Assembly (NCBI GenBank): GCA_963753435.1
Contig: CAVWCF010000003.1
Coordinates: forward strand, 1 to 41,272
DNA length: 41,272 nucleotides
Reading direction: 5' to 3'
DNA from: an uncultured Actinomycetota bacterium
Lineage (GTDB): Bacteria; Actinomycetota; Actinomycetes; CAVWCF01
The notes under the pieces: model-generated
What the model was told of the DNA's origin: nothing
Database searches by the model: none
What the model saw: the letters and a program-made list of their open reading frames with translations, nothing else
Shown: positions 1 to 9,662 of the stretch, piece by piece
How positions within the stretch are numbered: the first letter of the stretch is position 1
Layout of the letters: each line of letters opens with the position of its first letter
Program-made: the position numbers and the translations under genes

Positions 1-365
1 ATCGGCAGTTCCGACTTCACAGTGTCCACCAGATCGGTTAGGGCCTCGAACGCTTCGCGACGATGCGCTGAGGCGGCGGCGGCGCAGAAGGCGACATCGC
101 CGATGCCGAGTTCGCCATGCCGGTGGGCTGCGGCGACGGTAACCAATGGGTGCCGTTGGCAGACCTGTTCCGCCAGCGATCGGATGCCCTGGTCGGCGGT
201 CGGGTGCGCCTCGTACCGCAGGGACACGACCTGGCGACCGGAGTCATGGTCCCGGACCGTGCCGATGAACACGACCACGGCACCATGTTCGGGGCTGGAC
301 ACGGCTTCCAGCAGCACCTGAACCTCGAGCACCGCCTCACTCACCGCTGAGTACGCGACCGACAC
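1..365 (-). CDS. moaE: Molybdopterin synthase catalytic subunit MoaE (3' end runs off the window)
   Basis: Manual translation (not in the ORF track): VSVAYSAVSEAVLEV...HGAVVVFIGTVRDHDSGRQVVSLRYEAHP...HRHGELGIGD...SAHRREAFEA...VKSELP, which are typical MoaE motifs. GTG start lies 6 nt after TAGCCT. Confidence 0.9.
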   Translation of the reverse strand, partial: MSVAYSAVSEAVLEVQVLLEAVSSPEHGAVVVFIGTVRDHDSGRQVVSLRYEAHPTADQGIRSLAEQVCQRHPLVTVAAAHRHGELGIGDVAFCAAAASAHRREAFEALTDLVDTVKSELP

Positions 366-428
366 GCGGCCAGGCTAGGCGAACCCGCGGCCCATCAGCG
401 ATCCCGGTTCGGTGCGGGCACAGCCGCC

Positions 429-922
429 TCAGTGGTCCGTACCATCCATCTGGGCGAGCAGGTGCGCGGCGACCTCCGCCACGACGCCGATCCCGTCGGC
501 GACGGCACTAGTGGATCCGGGCAGCGTGACCACCAGGCTGGACTGTGTGAGCCCGGCAATACCTCGGGACAGGTCGGGCCCTGGCCGTGTTGACACGACC
601 GGCGGCGCGGATCGACTCAGCCACCCCGGGTACTTGCATTCGCAGTAGCGCTGCCACCGCTTCGGGGGTCCGGTCGCGTGGTCCCACGCCGGTTCCTCCG
701 GTAGTGATGATGAGCCGCGCCCCCGCCGACTCCGCCGCAAGAACAGCGCCTTGTATCTCGGCTGCTTCGTCGGCCACAACAACTGCGTCGGGAACAGCAC
801 ACCGGCATCCCGCAGCAGTTCGACCGCCAATGGGCCACTGCGATCCGGCGAGCACCCGCGGCCGCTGCTCGGTCCGACACCGTGATGACGGCGCCAACCA
901 CACCCGCCAGCGGCGAAGTCAC
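429..922 (-). pseudogene. mog: MogA/MoaB-family molybdopterin adenylyltransferase, frameshifted as assembled (about 3 indels)
   Basis: Motifs are spread over three frames: GAVITVSDRA, DRSGPLAVELL, LIITTGGTGVGPRDRTPEA, LSRGIAG...VVTLPGS...GTDH. The GTG start overlaps the moaC TGA. Confidence 0.85.
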
Positions 923-1386
923 TGCCTGGACCAGTCGCCGGATCGGCCCCCCCACTTGGCCAGCACCTGGACATCAGTGAGGGTTGCGGTCGGTCCACCG
1001 CCTTGACCATGTCAATGACGGTGAGGCCGGCGATGCTGACCGCCATGAAGAGCTTCCATCTCGACCCCCGTGCGGTCAACCGTGCGCACGGTCGCCGTCA
1101 GAGCGATGGCAGCATCCTCGAGTTCGACCTGAACGTTCGACGTCGTGCAGGGCCAACGGGTGACACAACGGGATCAACTCCGCCGTCCGCTTCGCCCCCA
1201 TGATTCCGGCCAATCGGACTACCGCAGTCAGGTCCCCTTTAGGTAGATCGCCGAACGGGCAAGGGCAAGCGTGTCCGCCGACACCAACACCCGACCAGTC
1301 GCAACAGCCGTGCGGACCGTGACCTCCTTGCCCGAAACGTCCACCATCCGGGCCCGCCCCACGTCGTCCAAGTGACTCAGGTCCAC
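919..1386 (-). pseudogene. moaC: Cyclic pyranopterin monophosphate synthase MoaC, frameshifted as assembled (about 4 indels)
   Basis: Reconstructed across frames: [71 protein letters not shown]. Confidence 0.88.
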
Positions 1387-1387
1387 C

Positions 1388-2254
1388 TCAGGACTCCGGG
1401 GCCTGCGACTTGGCCAGGGACGCCAGCCGATCGGCCAGTGCCGCGACTGCGGATTCATCCAGATCGCGCGCGGCGGCTGCGTAGCCGAGTAGAAAAGTCG
1501 TCACGGGCGCAGCGGGACGCTGGACGTTGTGCGCTGCCTCCCGCGCCAAGTCCAGGACCGCGTCGATGTCGACCGCTTCGGCCGGGACTTCAGCTGCCTC
1601 TGCGGCTGCACGCACCCACTGCTGCAGACGTTGCTGGTCGGAGCCGCTGATGCCGTCGCTCACTGCTGCCTCCCTGCGTAGATCAATCAGATCGTCCCAT
1701 GTGTCCGCGTCGGCGATCGCCCGTTCATCCACCCGCACCTCGGCTAGACCCAAAGCGGCCAAAGCGGAGAACAGCGAACCCCCGGCGTCCAGATCCAGTT
1801 TCGCCAGCGCGTCAGCGCGAACGCAGGAAAGCAACGGCTGTCGAACCCCCGCCGCGACCGCCCAAGCACCCACGCCACCGGTAAGCACCGACTCCGTGGC
1901 TGCGGCCACAACGGCGGAAAGCGCCTCGTCGATCCGTGGCGCGTCCGCGGCCAGCAGCAAGACCAGATCGCGCGGGTCCGGGCCCAACGCCCGCAGGCCG
2001 GCAGCCACGGCCGGGGCCGGGCCGCGGCCGGCCGGCTCCTCCCGGGTCCACTGCACATCGGCACCGCCGATCTGCTCGCCCAGACTGGGGGGCGGCGGTG
2101 GTCCGACCACGACCAGAGCCGCAGCGCCGGCCCCACTGCAGGCGGCGAGAACCCGACTGATCAAGGGTTGCCCGGCCACGCTGAGGTAGGGCTTGGCCGC
2201 CCCACCCAGCCGTTGCGCGCCACCACCGGCAAGCACGATCGCCCTCACCTGCAC
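1388..2254 (-). CDS. MobA-like nucleotidyltransferase fused to a C-terminal DUF6457-type domain
   Basis: [37 protein letters not shown] and DADTWDD motifs, then a C-terminal [24 protein letters not shown] domain. Start at GTG 2254 is inferred. Confidence 0.85.
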   Translation of the reverse strand: MQVRAIVLAGGGAQRLGGAAKPYLSVAGQPLISRVLAACSGAGAAALVVVGPPPPPSLGEQIGGADVQWTREEPAGRGPAPAVAAGLRALGPDPRDLVLLLAADAPRIDEALSAVVAAATESVLTGGVGAWAVAAGVRQPLLSCVRADALAKLDLDAGGSLFSALAALGLAEVRVDERAIADADTWDDLIDLRREAAVSDGISGSDQQRLQQWVRAAAEAAEVPAEAVDIDAVLDLAREAAHNVQRPAAPVTTFLLGYAAAARDLDESAVAALADRLASLAKSQAPES

Positions 2255-2286
2255 ACGGATGACCCTCTCATCCGTAGGGTCGACTT

Positions 2287-3503
2287 GTGACGGTCTCCGA
2301 ACCGCCGTGGCCAGAGGCCAGGCGGCTGGCACACCAAGCCGCTGCACCACTGCCGGTGCACCGGCTCGCCCTACCCGACGCGATCGGTGCAACCTTGGCC
2401 GAGCCAATGCATGCCCTGCACCCGATGCCACCTTTCGACACGTCGATGATGGACGGCTGGGCGGTTTCCGGACCCGGGCCTTGGACCGTGGTCGGCCGGG
2501 TACTGGCCGATCCACTGTCTCCATGCTGCACGCCGGGCAGGCCGTAGAGATCGCCACCGGTGCCGCGGTTCCTGAAGGTGCAGATGCGGTGCTGCGCAGC
2601 GAGCACGGGACCGAGGAGTCTGGACAGTTGCACGCGGATCGGGAGCTGCCGCGGGGGCGGGACTACCGACCCATGGGCGAGGAGTGCGCCGCCGGTGAGC
2701 GGCTTCTGGATGCCGGGATACCGATCACTCCACCGGTGCTTGGCCTCGCCGCATCGGCCGGTCACGATGCCTTGCCCGTTCGTCGTCGGCCCGTGGTGGC
2801 CGCCCTGGTGTTGGGGGACGAACTCCTGGGCGCCGGCCTGCCGCAGGCAGGGCGAATCCGGGACTCCCTCAGCGTGCAACTACCGCACTGGGCAACGGCC
2901 GTGGGCTGCGCAGCCGTGCCGCCGATCCGCGTGCCCGACACCCTTTCGGCCACTGTGGACGCGCTGGTTTCCTGCGATGCCGACATCGTGCTGACCACCG
3001 GCGGCACCGCGCGCGGTCCAGTCGACCATCTGCATGAGGCGCTGCGTCGCGTCGGGGCGGAGTTAGTTGTGGACCAGGTGGCAGTCCGGCCCGGCCACCC
3101 AATGCTGCTGGCCGCATTGGCGGACAACCGGTTCGTCGTCGGCCTGCCGGGAAATCCGTTGGCTGCCGCAGTGGCGTTCTGCACGTTCGCCTTGCCCCTG
3201 ATCGCTGCGTACGGCGCGCGCCCGCTGAATCGGCTATCGACCGCGTTTACCATCGAACCGATCGCTGCCCCACAGGGTGAGCATCGGCTCGTTCCCGCCC
3301 GTCAAGCCGAGTCCAGCGTCACCCCGCTGCCGCACCAGGGCTCCGCCATGCTCAGAGGGCTCGCCGCCGCAGACTGTTTCGCGGTCGCGCCCCCGGGCGG
3401 CGCGGCTGCGGGTCAGCCGGTCGACGTGATCGCCCTGCCCTGGTCTCAGCGTCTGTGGGGCAATGAGTTCCGAGCGGTACCAGTCGAGCGCGTGGAGAGG
3501 TGA
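2287..3503 (+). CDS. moeA: Molybdopterin molybdotransferase MoeA (one frameshift near 2509 as assembled)
   Basis: N-terminus (PPFDTSMMDGWAV) is in ORF 2287-2547. The rest (IATGAAVPEGADAV, GDEL, TTGGT, VRPGHP, GLPGNP) is in ORF 2193-3503. Confidence 0.88.
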
Positions 3504-3510
3504 AGGAGCC

Positions 3511-4461
3511 ATGTCAGTCCCGCCACCGATTCCCGGTTCGTCTACCGACCCCGAGCCCAAGGTCGCGCCGGACAAGATCAAGGAGTTGGACGAGAAGGAG
3601 GGGCTCCTCGGCGAAGGGATCGGTGTCGGCTACCGCGCCTTCAACCGGTTCGCCCACTCCCGCGCATCGCTGCTGGCCGCGGGCACCACCTACTACATCT
3701 TCTTCGCCATGTTCTCGATCGTCGCGCTGGCATACGGAATCGCCGCCGCGATCGGCGCAGACTCGATTGCCGACTACTTGACCGAGGGCCTCAATGAAGC
3801 TTTCCCGGGCTTACTGGATCCCGCCGGCGTTGACCCGGAACAGTTGCGTTCCGTCGGCCAGGCCACGTCAATCGTGGGCATCGTGGGGCTTCTTTACGGC
3901 GGCGCCGGCTCCGTGGTCGCTGCCCGCCGGGCGCTGCACCTGATCTACGGGGCGCCGAAGGACCCACGCAATTTTGTGGTCGCCCGCGTACGCGCCCTTG
4001 GTTGGCTGTTGGTGCTTGGTCCGCTGATCCTGCTGTCCTTCGTGGCTTCGACCGTGGTGACCACCTTCAGTGACGAAACGCTTGACGCGCTTGGCATCGA
4101 CTGGCGAGCGCCTGTCCTGCTCGCACTGGCGTCGATCGTCCTGACCCTCTCGGTGAACTTCCTCATCGTGTTCCTGCTGCTCAGTTACCTCGGTGGGATC
4201 AAGCCATCCCTGCGCTCCAGAGTCATCGGGTCTGCTGTTGGAGCAGTCGCAATCGAAGTGCTCAAGTGGGCGATGGCGCTGATTCTGCGTTTCAGTCTGG
4301 ACAAACCGCAGTACGGCGCACTGGCCGCACCAATCGGCATCCTGCTGGTTCTCTACTTGCAGTGCACCGCGCTCTACGGCAGCGCGGCACTGACCGCGGG
4401 GATCGCAGAGAAGGACGTACCGCTGGAAGACCTGGAAGTGGCATCGGTCGAGAAGGACTGA
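3511..4461 (+). CDS. YihY/virulence factor BrkB family membrane protein
   Basis: LLAAGTTYYIFFAMF and YGALAAPIGILLVLY motifs, about 6 TM segments, AAGGAG RBS before ATG 3511. Confidence 0.85.
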   Translation: MSVPPPIPGSSTDPEPKVAPDKIKELDEKEGLLGEGIGVGYRAFNRFAHSRASLLAAGTTYYIFFAMFSIVALAYGIAAAIGADSIADYLTEGLNEAFPGLLDPAGVDPEQLRSVGQATSIVGIVGLLYGGAGSVVAARRALHLIYGAPKDPRNFVVARVRALGWLLVLGPLILLSFVASTVVTTFSDETLDALGIDWRAPVLLALASIVLTLSVNFLIVFLLLSYLGGIKPSLRSRVIGSAVGAVAIEVLKWAMALILRFSLDKPQYGALAAPIGILLVLYLQCTALYGSAALTAGIAEKDVPLEDLEVASVEKD

Positions 4462-4484
4462 TCGCCCGGCCGCCCGCCAAACGA

Positions 4485-4516
4485 CTTGGGGCCCCCGTTA
4501 GATCGGGGGCCCCAAG
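4485..4516. terminator. 13-bp stem hairpin between convergent genes, a probable bidirectional terminator
   Basis: CTTGGGGCCCCCG-TTAGAT-CGGGGGCCCCAAG, a perfect inverted repeat. Confidence 0.75.
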
Positions 4517-4530
4517 CGCGAGTACGACCG

Positions 4531-5482
4531 TCAGACCAGACCGATCTCCTCCAGGTACTGCTTGGCGACGTCCTCCGCCGACTCGCCCTCGACGTCGACC
4601 TGAGCGTTCAGCTCGGCCATCTTGTCGTTGTCGAGCGGGGCCAGGATCGTGTCGACGATCTCCGTGTAGGTGTCGGCGTTGCGCCTGGAAGACCTCGTCA
4701 ACGAATGTGAAGGACACGTTGTAGAGGATGAAGACGCCCGGGTCCTCAACGAGTTCCAGGTTGAGCGCGGTGATCCGGCCGTCGGTGGTGAAGATCTCAC
4801 CGAAGTCACAGGCACCATTGGCCGTCTCCGTGTAGATCAGGCCCGTGTCCAGAATCTGGATCTGGCTCTGCGGCACCGTGTAGCCGGTGGCCTCCTCGAA
4901 CAGGATGAGGCCGTCGGGACGGTCGGGGAACTCCGTTTCCAAGCAGACCGTCGCGTCCGGGTTGGCGGCCAGGTAGTCGGCCATGGCCTGCAGATCGAAC
5001 CCACCCTGCTCGGCGGCAAGGTCACCGTTGGCCGCAAAGCCGTAGGTGTCGTTGAAGGGCGACAGCCCCACCCATTGGATGCCGTTGTCGGCAAGGTCCT
5101 TCTCCGCGGTGACGTCGAACAACTCCTGCGGATCCGAACTCGGATCCTGCTGACCAAGGTGCACCGTCCAACCGGTCCCGTTGTACTCGGGATAGACCTG
5201 GATGTCGCCGGACAACAGCGCTTCACGGTTGACCGAAGTGCCGCCGAGGTTGGTCTGATCCGTGACGTCGGCACCTTCAGCGGCCATCGCCTGGGCCAGC
5301 ATCTGACCAAGAAGGATGTTTTCGGTGAAGTCCTTGGAGCCAACTGTGATGCTGACTCCCTCCAGCGCAGTACCGGTACTGGCGGAGTCGGAGGAGTCGT
5401 CGCTGCTGCATGCGGTCATTGCGACGCCGGCAGCTAGCAGTACGGCGGCAGGCCGAAGCCAACCCTTGTTTGGGGTGAACAC
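4531..5482 (-). CDS. Glycine betaine/osmoprotectant ABC substrate-binding lipoprotein (one frameshift near 4682)
   Basis: Lipobox AMTAC, then VGSKDFTEN, YPEYNGT, FNDTY, EF..RPDGL and FTTDGRI. The C-terminus MAELNAQVDVEGE is in the adjacent frame. Confidence 0.88.
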
Positions 5483-5761
5483 TGTGATTCCCATCGTCGA
5501 TTGCATGGACATGCTCACGCTGGAGAGCCGACGCAATACCTGCAGTCGCGAAACCCGGGCGCACGACACCGCCGGGTCCAACCCACGACGCCGCGCAAGA
5601 GTCAACCGAGTACCTCAACTGCGCGAGCGTTTCGACGCTAGCAACCGATCGTCCGCTTTGCGCCGCGAGTCCGCCCGACAGCGCAGACCGTGACCAGAAC
5701 GAAACAAAGCCTGGTTCAGAAAGTCGCAATCGGATCGCAGTTTGCCGGTCCGCCGAACCGC

Positions 5762-6604
5762 TCAGAGTCCACGCGGTCGTAGGTAGCGCTCGGCAACTGC
5801 GCCAAGCCAATCGAAGGTCAATGCGATAAGCGCCACCATCGCACCGCCCACGATCAGTACCGGGTTCTGCTGCAACTTCAGTCCCGAGTTGATGGTGATT
5901 CCGAGTGCGCCGCCGCCCACGAGGAAGGCCAGCGTCGCCATCCCGATGTTGATGATCATCGCCGTGCGGACTCCGGCGATGATCACCGGGACCGCCAGCG
6001 GCAACTCGATCCGGGTCAGGGCGCCGATTCGGGTCATGCCCATCCCACGTCCGGCCTCGATGGTGAATCGATCCACGTTGTCCAGACCCACCATGGTGTT
6101 GCGCAGCACCGGAAGCAGGGCAAAGAGCACCAACGCCCAGATCACGGTTCGTGTGCCCTGACCCAGCAGGATCAGGAACAGGATCAGCAGCCCGTAGGCC
6201 GGAAGCGCCTGACCGGCATTAGCGACACCGAGGATCGGACCACCGAAGGGTCGGAACCGGGGTCGGGTCAGCACAACGCCCAACGGCACGGCGATGGCCA
6301 CCACGAGGAGCGTCGACCAGAACGCGATGGAGATGTGCTGCACCGACTGCGGCCACAGCTTCGTGCTCCAGTCCAAGGCGCTGGCCTGCTGGATGTTCAC
6401 CGACGGGTCCAGGTTCAGGCTGCGGTAGTACAGCCACAGCAGGCCGGCCAGCACGGCAATACCGAATGGGGCGATCCACAGGCCGATGGCGCGACCACGT
6501 ACTTGCGTGAACTCGGCTCCGGCTACGGCGACGTCAGCCTCGTCGTCGTCGGTGGTCAGCGGATGATTCAGTCGCTGCGTTTCCGCGGTGAGCGGGCGAC
6601 TCAT
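5762..6604 (-). CDS. Osmoprotectant ABC transporter permease
   Basis: EAA-like loop EAGRGMGMT...RIELPLA, plus LPVLRNT and GGGALG. Confidence 0.92.
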   Translation of the reverse strand: MSRPLTAETQRLNHPLTTDDDEADVAVAGAEFTQVRGRAIGLWIAPFGIAVLAGLLWLYYRSLNLDPSVNIQQASALDWSTKLWPQSVQHISIAFWSTLLVVAIAVPLGVVLTRPRFRPFGGPILGVANAGQALPAYGLLILFLILLGQGTRTVIWALVLFALLPVLRNTMVGLDNVDRFTIEAGRGMGMTRIGALTRIELPLAVPVIIAGVRTAMIINIGMATLAFLVGGGALGITINSGLKLQQNPVLIVGGAMVALIALTFDWLGAVAERYLRPRGL

Positions 6605-7767
6605 GTTGACGCCGCCTCCAGGGCTTCGTAGTGCTCCTTTGCCTCCGTGCGCAGCTCGCGGATTACTTCCACCAGTTGCCGGATCTCGACCACGCCTAGA
6701 TAGCGCCCTCGCTTGTCCACCACGACCGAAGCGCCGGTGGAGGAGTTGAGCATCTCCTCCAGCGTGTCGTGCAGGGTGGCGTTGGGCTCAACGTGGGCAC
6801 GCACCGGATGGCCGCGATCCCGCAACTGACCCTCTGACCTGGTGAGGTCGGCCCGCCGCAGCCAGCGCAGCGGGCGCCCCTCGGCGTCCAGCAGGAGCAG
6901 CCATTCCTGGTGGCCGCCGTTCAACGCAGCCAAGCCCACCTCGAGGGAGTCCCCCAGCCGCATCGTCGGGTAGTCGGGCAGGTCCAGGCTGTTGACCCGT
7001 TCGAAGTTCAGCCCCTTCAGCGTCGAACCAGCGCCGATGAAGTCGTCGACGAAGTCGTCCACTGGGTAGGCAAGGATCCGCTCCGGGGTGTCGCACTGCC
7101 GGATGACACTGCGCTCCCCCAGGATCGCGATGCGATCGCCCATCTTGATTGCCTCGTCGATGTCGTGAGTGACGAAGACGATGGTCTTGCGCAGTTCCGC
7201 CTGCAGGCGAAGGAACTCGTTCTGCAGCCGGTCACGGGTGATCGGGTCGATGGCGCCGAACGGCTCATCCATCAACATGACCGCAGGGTCCGCGCCCAGC
7301 GCCCGGGCCACCCCGACCCGCTGCGCCTGGCCGCCAGACAACTCCTTCGGGTATCGGTCGCGGAACTCAGCCGGGTCCAGGCCGACCGTGTCCAGCAACT
7401 CATCTACGCGCTCAGCAATCTGCTTCTTGTCCCAACCCAGCATCTTGGGCACGGTGGCGATGTTCTGGCCGATGGTGTGGTGCGGGAACAGACCGATCTG
7501 CTGGATGACGTAGCCGATTCGCCGGCGCAGCAGGTCCGGGTTGACGTCGGTGACGTCCTCCCCGTCGAAGTAGATGTGCCCCCCGGACGGCTCGATCATC
7601 CTGTTGATCAGGCGCAAAGTGGTGCTCTTGCCGCAACCGGAAGGCCCGACCAGAACCAGGATCTCGCCCTCTTCGATGTCCAGCGTCAGTTCCTCAACCG
7701 CCGGCACGCTGGACCCGGGGTACACCTTGGTTACCCGGTCCAAATGAATCATCGATCGTCCCGACAC
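6601..7767 (-). CDS. Osmoprotectant ABC transporter ATP-binding protein (OpuCA/ProV type, C-terminal CBS-like region)
   Basis: GPSGCGKST, IGYVIQQIGLFPH, LSGGQ, MDEPFGAIDP, FVTHD. Confidence 0.95.
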   Translation of the reverse strand: MSGRSMIHLDRVTKVYPGSSVPAVEELTLDIEEGEILVLVGPSGCGKSTTLRLINRMIEPSGGHIYFDGEDVTDVNPDLLRRRIGYVIQQIGLFPHHTIGQNIATVPKMLGWDKKQIAERVDELLDTVGLDPAEFRDRYPKELSGGQAQRVGVARALGADPAVMLMDEPFGAIDPITRDRLQNEFLRLQAELRKTIVFVTHDIDEAIKMGDRIAILGERSVIRQCDTPERILAYPVDDFVDDFIGAGSTLKGLNFERVNSLDLPDYPTMRLGDSLEVGLAALNGGHQEWLLLLDAEGRPLRWLRRADLTRSEGQLRDRGHPVRAHVEPNATLHDTLEEMLNSSTGASVVVDKRGRYLGVVEIRQLVEVIRELRTEAKEHYEALEAAST

Positions 7768-7777
7768 AACTGTCTCC

Positions 7778-8437
7778 TTAGATCCTGAGGCCGGCGGATG
7801 TGGTCAGTCGCTGCACCAACGCGAAGCCCGCGTCCAGAACCAGACCCAGCAGCACCGTGAAGACGGTGCCCACCCAGACCGATTCGACACTGCCCGGCAG
7901 GCCCAGGCGGGTCAGCCCGCCCTGGATGAACGTGCCCAGCCCGTCACCGCCGACAAGTACAGCGATTGCAGCGATACCGACGACCAAGAGGCTGGACACC
8001 CGAACACCGGCCATGATCACCGGCCATGCCAACGGCAACCGAACGCGCAGGAGTTGCTGTCCGGAGTTCAGCCCCATGCCCTTGGCGGACTCGACTACGG
8101 CCGGGCTGACCTCATCCAGACCGGTCACGGTGTTGCGCAGGATCGGCAGGATCGCGTAGAGGAACAGCGCGATGAGGGCGGGCGGATTGCCGATCCCGAC
8201 CAGGGGAATGAACAGCGCGAAAAGTGCCAACGAGGGAATGGTGAGGAAGATTCCAGCGATGCTGAGCGACATCGCCCGGGCGGTGCCATTGCGCTGAACC
8301 AGCACGCCGAGGATTACGGAGAAGAGGGTGGCCGCAACGATCACGATCAGAACGAGACGAGCGTGCTCCCAGGTCGCCTGCAGGATGTCGTCGTAGTTCT
8401 TACCGACGTACTCAAGCCAACTCGTGACGCCTTCCAC
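7778..8437 (-). CDS. Osmoprotectant ABC transporter permease
   Basis: TIPSLALFAL, LPILRNT, ESAKGMG...RLPLAWP, GGDGLG. Confidence 0.92.
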   Translation of the reverse strand: MEGVTSWLEYVGKNYDDILQATWEHARLVLIVIVAATLFSVILGVLVQRNGTARAMSLSIAGIFLTIPSLALFALFIPLVGIGNPPALIALFLYAILPILRNTVTGLDEVSPAVVESAKGMGLNSGQQLLRVRLPLAWPVIMAGVRVSSLLVVGIAAIAVLVGGDGLGTFIQGGLTRLGLPGSVESVWVGTVFTVLLGLVLDAGFALVQRLTTSAGLRI

Positions 8438-8626
8438 AGAAAGAGTCCCTCAGTCGACAACTGCGTACGCGATCTCCGTTCCCGACCGCCAACAACTACT
8501 GGCGCACCTGGAACTGACTTCGACCATAGGTGTCTCGTACGCACCAGGACCGGGCTAACGCCCGATTCCGCGCAATTGCGACGTGATCGCGACCGCGCGC
8601 CCGATAATCGACGTGGTCGCGGCCGA

Positions 8627-9562
8627 CTACGCCTCGTCGCCGAACAGCCTCTTGGCCAGGCTGGGACGGCGCTCCTCAAAGCGAGCGGCCGTCTTCTCCA
8701 GGCCCTCCAGGTGCGCGGCCATTTCCTCGCGGGCCTTCTCACCGTCAGGCCCGAAGTCGGTGCGTTCCATGATCTGCCACGTCCGCAGCACGGGGGCGAT
8801 CACCTCATCGAGGTGCTGGCGTAGGTCGTAGATGCCCGCAACCGCGATCTCCACCGCCTTGCGCTCGAACCCGGGAATCCCGTGGCCGGGCATGGCGAAG
8901 TTGATGACCATGTCCGCGATGGCCCGCATGGAACGGTCCGGGGCCAGGTCCAGCGCGGCACCCATGACGTTGCGGTAGAAGATCATGTGCAGGTTCTCAT
9001 CCAGCGCGATGCGAGCGAGCAACTGCTCTGCGATCGGGTCGCCCGTTGCCTTGCCGGTGTTGCGGTGACTCACGCGGGTGGCCAACTCCTGGAACGACAC
9101 GTAGGCCAGGCCGTGCAGGATGCCCGGCCGGATGGCGGTGAAGCCCTCCTGCATGTGGGACATGCGGGCGTCTTCGAGCTCAACGGGGTCGACGGCGCGG
9201 GTGATGCTCAGGTAGTCACGCAATGCCTGGGCGTGCCGGTCCTCCTCCGCGGTCCAACGGTGCACCCAGGAACCCCATGCGCCGTCGCGGCCGAACTGCG
9301 AGGCGATCTCGAAGTGGTAGCTGGGCAGGTTGTCCTCGGTGAGCAGGTTGATGATCAACGAGGTGCGGGCGGCCTTAGTGAAGCGCTCCTGGGACGGGTC
9401 CCAAGCCTTGCCGTCCAGGACGCCGGCGAAGGTCTCCCCTTCACTCCACGGCACGTACTCGTGCGGGTACCAGTCCCGGGCCGCGCCCAGGTGTCGGTTG
9501 GTCTCGTCGGCGACGACGGGTTCCAGTTCAGCCAGCAGGTCGACATCGGTCGGAGCGCTCAT
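8627..9562 (-). CDS. desA: Acyl-ACP desaturase (di-iron, DesA1-like)
   Basis: LLTEDNLPSYH, WTAEEDRH, FQELATRVSHRNT, DENLH. GGGAGG precedes ATG 9562. Confidence 0.93.
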   Translation of the reverse strand: MSAPTDVDLLAELEPVVADETNRHLGAARDWYPHEYVPWSEGETFAGVLDGKAWDPSQERFTKAARTSLIINLLTEDNLPSYHFEIASQFGRDGAWGSWVHRWTAEEDRHAQALRDYLSITRAVDPVELEDARMSHMQEGFTAIRPGILHGLAYVSFQELATRVSHRNTGKATGDPIAEQLLARIALDENLHMIFYRNVMGAALDLAPDRSMRAIADMVINFAMPGHGIPGFERKAVEIAVAGIYDLRQHLDEVIAPVLRTWQIMERTDFGPDGEKAREEMAAHLEGLEKTAARFEERRPSLAKRLFGDEA

Positions 9563-9662
9563 GTGGCGATCCTCCCAGGTGGCGCTCCCGGGCAGAACCC
9601 TGGCCACATGCTTGGGTGTCCGCCTAGGGTGTGCCAACCGTTCTGAGGGGGACAGCGAGCAA

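Noticed and set aside
429-1386. MoaC-MogA fusion or programmed frameshifting
   Set aside because: Reconstruction gives a moaC TGA overlapping a mog GTG at 919-922. The indels are numerous, go in both directions and lack slippery-site structure.
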